In this document: piece by piece, positions 24,557 through 33,165 of the stretch
Layout: every line of letters starts with the position of its first letter
Position numbering within the stretch: position 1 is the first letter of the stretch
Origin: Mytilus edulis
Lineage: Eukaryota
Assembly (NCBI RefSeq): GCF_963676685.1
Contig: NC_092354.1
Coordinates: forward strand, 23,188,001 to 23,252,000
Length of the DNA: 64,000 bases
Reading direction: 5' to 3'
The notes under the pieces: model-generated
The model's database searches: none
Seen by the model: the letters and a program-made list of their open reading frames with translations, nothing else
Told to the model about the DNA's origin: nothing
Translations under genes and position numbers: made by a program

Positions 24557-25870
24557 GATTGCACGTAACGAACGTTACGTGATTTGTCTATTTCCAGAAA
24601 CGAACCAAATACTCCGAAGGCAATACAGGTAACGGCTGTAGGAAGTGCAGTACTGAATTTCATTTCAAGTCTCACATTTCTATGTTTAACCAAGTTTATA
24701 TAGTCATCTCCCAATCCGCTTGGGTCCAATTGGAAAGCATATAAGGTGTAACCCTTACCAAAATCTTCTCTGGAAATGGTAAGTCCGGCATCTTTATTTA
24801 ACTTTTCACAGGCTTCAAATAAATTAGTGTATGCCACTGCATATTGTCGATTATCTCCAAAGTCCAGTTTTAAGGGTCTTGACGGAACGCTCTCTCCATT
24901 GACATATAGACCTACGTCAGTGGCGTTGTAGTGATTAGTGATTAAAAAAGAACGGATTTGTCCCATAAGAACCGTTACCGCTATCTTGTGATATTAAACC
25001 AACCACCAGAGTACTAGGGCGAATGGTAAATAGATTGTCCCAAATGAACTCACTTGAGGATTTGTTCCTTTTGACTTCAGTACGTTGGAAATAGTAGCGT
25101 ACAGGTTTTATTTCGATCTGTTTCATATGATTAACGAGGATACCAGGATCGACTTTAATTTTACAGGCCTTGTAAACACAGTCTAATAGCTCTAACTTGT
25201 AGGCAGCACCATCTTCACCTGATATGACAAAAAACGGATTGGTAGTACGATACAACTTAATCGAGAGGTCAACACCTTCAATTAAATGATGGTCTAATGA
25301 AAATATATCTTCAAAAAGCGGTCCTTCCATTTCGAATTCTCTGCTTGCCTTGATAAAATCTCGACGAAGGACTAGACCTGTGTTTGCTCCTGATTTCCCA
25401 TCTGTAGAAGCTAAATTGCCGATATCTTTCATAAAAAGCTGTGACTGGAGTTGTGATTTCTGCTCGTCTGAACCACTGTTCAAAATCGTCTTAAGGTAAG
25501 CTTTCCAAGGGTAGTTTGAAGTGCTTACGGAGACAAGTTTATTGTTCATATACACATCGATTTGTGACCACATGGCTTGGAGTGGTAAATTAACAATACT
25601 TGTCGTATCCGTGTCATCAAAGGCACTACCATCACCTTTGACGATCTTTGCACGAACGTACAGTCTACTCCGTCTCAAATCCATGTATTCAGGACCTTGT
25701 CCAGAAATGAAAAATTCAACTGTAGAAGCATCTGATGATGTAAAGTTAGAAAGCGGTCTTGTTTCTGAATAAAAAATCCTGTCGATCGCTACTTGATTTT
25801 TAGGTTCATCGAATAAATCTAGCTCCATTGGTATGTTAATGTCTGTGTTTTCATCGTTCAAATAAGCCAT
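24553..25870 (-). pseudogene. Double-jelly-roll major capsid protein, frameshifted by a 7-bp duplication
   Basis: ELDLF...Q...RP...EFFI...YMDLRRSRLYV N-terminus and GYTLYAF/RLEMKF/LEIDKSRNV C-terminus. GTGATTA is duplicated at 24931-24944; removing one copy restores NPFFFNHYNATDVGLYVNG. Confidence 0.9.
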
Positions 25871-26340
25871 TATTTTGTCTTTACTCTATCGAAAATGGAT
25901 GGGGTTGTGTCGAAATCTAATCTGCGAACTCTGTTTTGTTTTCTCCTCTTCCCGAGAGTTTTTTTTTTCTTAGAGCTTTTCTGTGCTCTTACTCCTTTTG
26001 AGTTGACGATTGAAATGCTTTGTTTTTTTGAGTTTTTTCCTTTTATACCCTTGGACATTGAACTTGACTTTTTCCTTCCAATGTACGGAGTTTTGTCTTG
26101 CTTTTGGTGTTTTAGTTCCGATTCTGCGCGGTCCTCAATTGCAACAGTTGAAGCCACCAGTTCTACTTTAGGTTCGTTTGTCGGTAATTTATTTTTCGGA
26201 AAAACAAACCGACGTTTCCTACTGTAACGTTTCGATAAACCGCCTCCTGACTGATTGTTTACACGCTTCTTTCGATTACTCGCTTTTTTTATTGATTCTT
26301 CCCAAGCTAGTACATCGCTTACGTATGGTGAATTGAACAT
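25870..26340 (-). CDS. Lys/Arg-rich core (DNA-condensing)-like protein, 156 aa
   Basis: Highly basic, contains QSGGG, and sits between the minor and major capsid genes with TAATG overlaps on both sides. Confidence 0.7.
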   Translation of the reverse strand: MFNSPYVSDVLAWEESIKKASNRKKRVNNQSGGGLSKRYSRKRRFVFPKNKLPTNEPKVELVASTVAIEDRAESELKHQKQDKTPYIGRKKSSSMSKGIKGKNSKKQSISIVNSKGVRAQKSSKKKKTLGKRRKQNRVRRLDFDTTPSIFDRVKTK

Positions 26341-26804
26341 TACTGCAGAAACGGATACTTTTTTAAATGAAGTGTCACGCAGCAGTTCTTGTTGATGAAT
26401 GAGCTCGGTTGTCCAATTTCATCAGTTATATAGATATGGATTTGGTTCAGTCGCCCTAGACGTACAGGGACAAAATAGGGGACGCCAAATATTAAGTTTG
26501 TTTTATAGTGTTTCTGTTTGTTTACAGTATATTGCTCCGTTGTTTCTTTCTTTATGTAAACTTTTCGAAGAAGGGGTTTCTCTGAGGACCCCACAAAACT
26601 CTCTTCACAGATGTTTGAATAAACGTAGATATCCTCTATGTGCTTCGAAGTATCTTTATACGTGATACTTATTTCTGTCAACCCCACCATCCAATATCCT
26701 GTTAGATCTATTTGTCTATCCAGTTGTATTGTAAAGTTACATGCTGTGTTGTTTTCAAAAAGAAGATTTCCATCTGTTGATTTAAGAACCATGCGTATAC
26801 TCAT
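26340..26804 (-). CDS. Minor capsid protein (penton, single jelly-roll)
   Basis: LKS....F.NNT..NF...L...I.L.G.W.VGLTEI, IYVYSNI...FVG...PLLR and VTLHLK motifs typical of Polinton mCP. Confidence 0.9.
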   Translation of the reverse strand: MSIRMVLKSTDGNLLFENNTACNFTIQLDRQIDLTGYWMVGLTEISITYKDTSKHIEDIYVYSNICEESFVGSSEKPLLRKVYIKKETTEQYTVNKQKHYKTNLIFGVPYFVPVRLGRLNQIHIYITDEIGQPSSFINKNCCVTLHLKKYPFLQ

Positions 26805-26843
26805 CTTGGCACCGAATGAAGAAAAACAAAGATTTGAAACTAC

Positions 26844-28009
26844 TTATTCGTTTTGAATATCAGACATCGGTAACCAAGCGTCAAATTTTTTGGGGTAGCC
26901 AAGCCAACGTACCAAAGCTTGATTAATCCCATTCTGTTTCCGCTTTCTTAATATTTTTTCGATTTTCCATATCGTGTTTTTCTCGTCTTTTCTAACCTTC
27001 TGAAGTTCTGGATGATGGAAGGAACCAAGTATGTTTTCAGTTAACAAATCTTTGAGTAAGTAAGTGGGCAAACGATCTCGGTAATATCGACGTCGAATTT
27101 TAAAGAGCTCTTCTGTCCATTTCTGTTGATACCCTCTCTGAAACGGATGACGTTTAAATGTAATCCTGACCAGATCATTAACTCTGTATTTAAAGCTGTT
27201 GTCTGGTTTCTTTTTTCCCTTTGATGACATTGTTTGCTCATCTTTAGTTCTCTTCTTTTCATTTTTTTTTTGCTAGGGTTTCGGGCAAAATATGCACTCA
27301 GTCGAACTTCATCTGCGTTTTGTTTGTTCACTTCGGACGGGGTATATCCACCTAGTGAACGATGCGGTCTTTTATTATAACTCGCCACCATATCCTGTAT
27401 AACGTCAATGTATTTATACGTTTGTTTGTGTCTGAAATATGTGTACATGATTGTTTTAATACTTCTGATACTTCGCTCCACAACAGCTGACTTGGTTTCA
27501 TTTTGAGAATAGTATGTGTTTATCCCTTCTTTTGAAAGATAACCGCGTACATACTTATTGACAAACTCTTTACCTAAATCAGAACGGATAGAGGTTGGTC
27601 TTCGGCTTCCAGATAGAATTTTTTTTAAAGCTTTCAGCACACTTTTATGTGTTTTATCTTTCAGGCTTTCTATCCACAAATGTTTTGAGAAGACGTCAAT
27701 AACAAACAACAAATACTTCACACCTAAATTTTCACTCTGAAAGCTATCAAATTGAGCCAAATCTATTTCCCATAAACTGTCTATCGTGTTGACAACATAT
27801 CTACTTCTTCTGAACTTACGCACTGTATTTCTGGATAAACTGTACGAGTCCTGATCCTGTAACCATTGCCTTATTTTATGTCTTCCTATTTTAAATTTTC
27901 CATCTTTTTTTACTATGCGATACAGTTTATCAGGACCTGTAAATGATGCCGGATGTTTTAGATCATACCATATTTTGTGTAAGTAGTCCTCATAGTTTAA
28001 TGAACTCAT
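26844..28009 (-). CDS. int: Retroviral-like (rve) integrase with C-terminal chromodomain; 1-nt frameshift in an A10 run
   Basis: WEIDL / IRSDLGKEF / VVERSIR DDE triad. The second frame gives FKYRVNDLVRI...KWTEELF and chromodomain IEKILRKR...ALVRWLGYPKKFDAW. Frames switch at T10 (27262-27271). Confidence 0.9.
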
Positions 28010-28266
28010 TCTGACTAAAGATATTTTAAAGTAAGTTGGATATTTAAACACATTTGTTCTTCAAATGTTAATTGATTGCGGATTGTGTGTGTGTGTGAGT
28101 CATTTTTCGTTTTTTAGCCATTATTGAGAATTACTTCCAATGCGGCATTATGATATTTACTGCTATATGCATGAAAAAAATTCAGAATGATTTTGATTTC
28201 TTGTGTTTATACACAGTAAAACAAAAAACAAAAACAAAAAAATAAAATATAAATAATTGCTGTTGT

Positions 28267-28791
28267 CTATGATCTGTTCACATTGTCGGCTCTTTTCAAG
28301 GCTTGGTTAATAGTTGATCTTATTCTCAGTAGGTAATTCCATTGTCTTTTGTTTAAAAATATGCCACTTGTTATATTTCCGATGAAATGTCGAATACCTA
28401 TCCAAACTTGTTTTTGGTGGGTGCAGATAGTCACTTTATATTGTTCTGGTAAATCAAACTGTTTTAGATATCCACATGATATGTTGTTGATTCCACTGCT
28501 CTGATAATCTTCTGCTCCGTTGATCTTTTTACAGTCTGTATAGTTATAATGCGCACTATTCTTAATCATTCCACTGGTCAAAGCTAAACTTGTAGACATT
28601 AATGCCAGTAGAACAACGACTCCAGTCCATTTTATAATGTTTATATGCATGGTGTATTTTTCATATATTGACGATATATTTGAAACCACACTTGACTGAG
28701 ATGGTATTCTACCTCCCATAGAAAACGTTATAGGTGGCATCTCAGTTTTATCAACTAATCCAGTCTCACATGATACTGTTCTTGACATCAT
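28267..28791 (-). CDS. Membrane-anchored PC4-like (ssDNA-binding fold) protein, ~174 aa
   Basis: Hydrophobic WTGVVVLLALMSTSLALTSG; C-terminal FDL...YKVT.....VWIGIRHF...SGIFLNKRQWNYL matches the PC4/Sub1 pattern; TATAAAA upstream. Confidence 0.65.
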   Translation of the reverse strand: MMSRTVSCETGLVDKTEMPPITFSMGGRIPSQSSVVSNISSIYEKYTMHINIIKWTGVVVLLALMSTSLALTSGMIKNSAHYNYTDCKKINGAEDYQSSGINNISCGYLKQFDLPEQYKVTICTHQKQVWIGIRHFIGNITSGIFLNKRQWNYLLRIRSTINQALKRADNVNRS

Positions 28792-28861
28792 GTTGTTTCC
28801 CGAACGAGTAAAAGACCTAATGACAATATAACACGAAGTCAATGCTTTTATACACAGCTGT

Positions 28862-29680
28862 TTACAAAATTTCCCCGAATGGATTACAACTTGAACAGTT
28901 TAACATGCTCTCTTGTACTTGGTGATCTTCTCCTAAAATACAAGGAACAATGTTTTCCAGTTCTGGTACAACCTGTCTTACTTCAGTAAATGTTCCTTTA
29001 AGAGCTTCCCACTTATCGTATGTTAAAGAAATACCTTTCTTTGTTGGAACAACTTGGCTTGAATTGGGAATCATCCAACGCTGTCGCACGTCTACGGTTG
29101 GATATATTCTATTCACAGTAACGTACACACCTTTACCAAGATGAAATGTCATTTCGGGATTTCCGTCAACATCATCAATCATCTGACCTATAGCATCATC
29201 TATGTCACTAGCATACATTTCCAAAAGCACCCATTGTGGTAAATTCAAAGCTATTCCTTTTTTGGTTGGAATATAAGCACCTGTGGAGTTTTTCTCGTAT
29301 TTACGAATATGGATCAACAATTTATCACACCATTCGTTAGGAACAACAAATATGTCTCCACCTATAGGTAACATACATAGATTTTTGCTCACTCCTGAAG
29401 TATCAGTTATTGAACTTTTCAAAAGATTAACCAGATTTGATTTTCCCTCTAAAGTAAGAGCAGAGCAAAAACTTTCGAATGCTTGTGCACCTCTTCTCTG
29501 AATAGTAGATATCAGCTGTCTAGTTTTTGAATACGAATTCGACTGTTGTAAAATATCTTCCTTCAATTCGTCAGTAAGTATTCCAGCCTGGTATAGATGG
29601 TCTGTTACAACATCCACCGGCGTTTCTTTAACCAATTTCACGTAATTACGCTGAAGAGAATCTTTGTGTTCTTTCTGCAT
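28862..29680 (-). CDS. CARD-PC4-PC4 fusion protein with C-terminal Cys/His motif, 272 aa
   Basis: N-terminal LQRNYVKLVKE...DHLYQAGIL...RQLISTIQRRGAQAFESFCSAL is a CARD. Two IR/VR...PTKKGI.L...W..L PC4 signatures follow, then C..H..C..CNP. Confidence 0.9.
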   Translation of the reverse strand: MQKEHKDSLQRNYVKLVKETPVDVVTDHLYQAGILTDELKEDILQQSNSYSKTRQLISTIQRRGAQAFESFCSALTLEGKSNLVNLLKSSITDTSGVSKNLCMLPIGGDIFVVPNEWCDKLLIHIRKYEKNSTGAYIPTKKGIALNLPQWVLLEMYASDIDDAIGQMIDDVDGNPEMTFHLGKGVYVTVNRIYPTVDVRQRWMIPNSSQVVPTKKGISLTYDKWEALKGTFTEVRQVVPELENIVPCILGEDHQVQESMLNCSSCNPFGEIL

Positions 29681-29784
29681 GTTGTCAGTAACTTTGTTTC
29701 ACTAAAACTGATGTCGTGAACAACTTTTAACAGTGATTTTATACTATTTAAATACTGGGAGTGTCACAATGATGGTAAAAACTA

Positions 29785-30156
29785 TTATTCTAAATTTTTG
29801 GGGTTATAGTGTGTATGGTGTATATTAAATGTAATTAAGTTGTATATTTTTAATCTATGTTCTGGAGACAAAATAGGTGTAATTATCGTCTCAGTCGTGT
29901 GAATACGTCTTTTAAAACGATGGTGATCAATTGCAAACTGTATCCAATGACTTTTCCTTGCTTGTCGGTATGAAAAGGACCAAGCTATCAAGTGATGTGT
30001 TTTCTTTATTTCTTCTCCTGGTAAAAATTGAACCTTCAAATAATAAAAAAAGGTACATCATTAAAAATAACCGAAGCATGCATCAATTGAAAGATATGTT
30101 GGATTCTTTTAACATTTACTTACAGTTCTCCTTTCTTTCGAAAGTACGTTTGACAT
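29785..30156 (-). CDS. GADD34/CReP/ICP34.5/DP71L-like PP1 regulatory subunit, 2 exons, 93 aa
   Basis: Exon 1 (30156-30124) MSNVLSKERRT|gtaagt; 90-nt intron; exon 2 (30033-29785) VQF...W...QARKSHWIQFAIDHHRFKRRI...E..ITPILSPEHR, i.e. RVxF plus the PPP1R15 C-terminal signature. Confidence 0.85.
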
Positions 30157-30186
30157 TGCAACCAGATAGAGTTATCTCTTTTTGTT

Positions 30187-30502
30187 TGTTAAAACATCTG
30201 TTTATGTAGCTAATGCTTTTGAGTGTAAATCTATAAGGAGTGACAGTTATTCAAAATAGGGTGTGAAGGTTCGCATTGCATCAGTGTATTATTAGAGTGT
30301 TTAAAAGTGAACATTTATAAAGTGCTTACACTTTCACCTCAAAATATTTATAACCCCCTCTTATTTTTAAAAAGAAAAAAACTTTGACCCCAATATTTTA
30401 TAACCCCCTCATATTTATGGCCCCATTTGAAAAGGGGGTGTGGGGTTATAATTATGCACCCACACTCAAGGGGCTTTGGGTGTTCAGTGATACTACACTA
30501 CT
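30187..30502 (-). repeat. Right terminal inverted repeat (316 bp)
   Basis: tgttaaaacatctg...tgttcagtgatactacactact. Confidence 0.95.
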
Positions 30503-30835
30503 GGCAAGTAAGTTTTACAACAAAAATCTGATTTTTTTTAATGTGAAATGAAAAGCTTAGGAGTATTATCGATTTAATTGCTAATTAGTGAACAAATGGG
30601 ATACACAAGAGAGAAGAAAATCTGTAATTATTTTTGGATTTTATGGATTTCTACGTCAAGTTATCAGAAACCTTACTTCATTAGACGTAACCTTAAAGAC
30701 ATTGACAAACTACTTTACAGTATTAAGGTGTCTTTTGTTTAATCATAGTGTTCCTTGTGAAATTGAAAACAATTTAAATCACTAGGAAGCTTCTGAGTTT
30801 CGATCTGTTCTACTCTTTTATGCGTTACCATTCAT
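30503..30835 (+). pseudogene. CACTA/EnSpm-Mirage-like transposase fragment at the Maverick right flank
   Basis: VPCEIENNLNH*EASEFRSVLLFYALP resembles the conserved (W)KASEFR..LLFY motif; contains stops. Confidence 0.55.
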
Positions 30836-31093
30836 TTCTTCAAATAAATAAATAGCCGGTTGTATTTTAAGGTTTTAAATTATGAGTATTTTATTTTAAT
30901 GATACAACAGCTAAAAATTGATCTACAACACATAAATATAACTTATCTTTCTAAAATGGCTAACTTTATTTTTAAACCTTCATTCAGCAAAATGCTTTCA
31001 TAAGTTTTACCACAAAATTATTTTGCCTCGCTTTTTCGTGGATTAAGCCAGAGAAGACAACCTTGCATGCCGATCCACTAATGATAAATGATG

Positions 31094-31222
31094 CATTGGA
31101 ACCGTCGGACAATTCTTTAAATAAAACATTGAGACCGCCGGACAATCCTTGAATAAAACATTGGGATCGCCGGACAACTCTTTTAATAAAACATTGTGAC
31201 CGCTGGACATAATTTATTAAAT
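31094..31222 (+). repeat. Four ~33-bp tandem repeats (cattg..accg.cggacaa...taaaa)
   Basis: Directly visible; resembles subterminal repeats of DNA transposons. Confidence 0.75.
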
Positions 31223-31256
31223 AGCAATTGACAGAACAGATTCAGAAGATAGGATA

Positions 31257-31457
31257 ATGTGTGAACATTGTTTTAAATGGTATAGTTGTAATAAATCATG
31301 CAAAAGACACATGAAGAAAGTGCATTCAGCAGATTATAAAACAGAACGGATTAAATGTTTGATTTGCCATGAGGTATTTAGCAGAAAGAGAAATTTCAGG
31401 AGACATACAAGACAGGGAAACAGAAACAAGTGTATATGCAGAACAGAGCCGCTATGA
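31257..31457 (+). pseudogene. Two C2H2 zinc fingers, probably a TE-derived relic
   Basis: CEHC..12..HMKKVH and CLIC..F.....F.RH; frame breaks afterwards. Confidence 0.55.
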
Positions 31458-33165
31458 TGCTCATGGAAATTTGATGGAAAAAGAATCAATGTTTCACAAT
31501 ACGCCAACCTTTGAGGAACCGACATTCAGTGAAATGCCTGATTTTCTAGAGGACATTTCCTTGGACGAATTTAATACTGAACCATAATTGTACGACACGG
31601 AACGTAATGAAAATCGCAAATACAACGATAAAAAGAATAGGACAGTAGAACCGGACGAAAACGATAACCCTAGCAGTAATGTCATTGACAGTCAAAAAGA
31701 AACACTTATCCTAAAACTGGAAACTATCAACAGTTATTCAAAAAATACAGTGATACTGTAACATAGAATATTGTCCTCCATGAAATATTGACTGTCGGAC
31801 AAATTTTCATATCCAATATTGTCCACTGACAGTATTTCAGAATTAAATATTGTCTTGGAATAGTGTCCTTGTCCATGAAATTCTGTTCATGACAATACTT
31901 CACTATGAAATTCTGGCTTTGAAAATATTTTTTAATCGAATTATTTCAGATTAAGAAATAGTACACAAGCATGCATCATGCACATTTTTAGATTTATAAC
32001 TGATTTGAGGAAAAGTGTAACATATTTATTGATGTTGAATAAAATATGTTTGTAGCTACAACTACATAATGTTGGAATAAAAGTTTAACACATTTATAGA
32101 TGTTCGATTAATTGTATGAATATCTACAAATTAATATGAATATCTATAAGTTTATATGTATGATTTCAAGATAATTGTGGGTTTGATTTGCTTTTAAATC
32201 TTTTTTCGTCTCTCTCATTGAGTCCATTAACTTCAAGAGTTCGTAACTGTTGCATCCAAAATCACTTTCTCTTTTGTCTTCCTTGTTAATCCCGATGTTG
32301 ATTTCCTTAATGATTTAAAATGTGACGTTTTCAAAATCATGTCATGCTCTTGAAAGGTGTCTTGTAAGAATGTAGGACAGAAAGTTACAGGACAAGTATT
32401 ATCCATTAGATACACTTGACGGAAGAAACTTATGTCATTGTACCATAAGTGTCAATTTTTTTTTCTACTGTCCCTCTGGTATCTTGCGTCCCTCTTTTAT
32501 ACACCGACAAATTCTTTTATAAAGGCGGTAAATCCTTATAACTATTTAAAATAAAAGATACGAAATTGTATTTTCCTAATCTTAACCTCTATCACATATA
32601 TTGTGTATTTGACATTGAATATTGGCCTCGGGCATGGTTATATTTCTTGGTAAGCGCAACAAAATGTACTTTCATTTAAATCTGATAAAAAAAACTACAA
32701 GAGTATTTGCATCAATTTGTCTTTACAACAATTTTTTAATTTAATAATTAACATAAAATTCAACAAACATCATTTTCGGTGCGGTGTTTTTGTATGGTGT
32801 ACAAATCAATGATCTACATTGTTTAAATATTATGGTTGTCTATAGTTGCTTGTATTTCAATGAACCTGACCAAATACCCGACTGATATATGTACAATAAG
32901 TCAATCACATCTTAGTGATAACCATTAATCGTAGTATACAAAAAGGCAACAGTAGTATACCGATGTTCAAAACTCGTAAATCGATAGAAAAAAAAACAAG
33001 GGGGGGGGGGGGGCATACCTTATTCCTGTTGTTGATGACTTTTGGGTGCAACACCAGGCTGATCCTTATGAATATCAAGGAAAATACGTGATTGTTATGC
33101 CCCACCTACGTTAGTAGAGAGGCATTATGTTTTCTGGTCTGTGCGTCCTTCCGTCTGTTCGTCCC

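Larger units (their letters stand above)
9623..30502. mobile_element. Maverick/Polinton element (endogenous polintovirus), 20,880 bp
   Basis: Terminal inverted repeats starting AGTAGT and ending ACTACT; pPolB, integrase, ATPase, cysteine protease, MCP and mCP all present. Confidence 0.97.

Noticed and set aside
31094-31222. Regularly spaced ~33-bp repeats superficially like CRISPR
   Set aside because: No unique spacers, no cas genes, eukaryotic context; simple tandem repeat.
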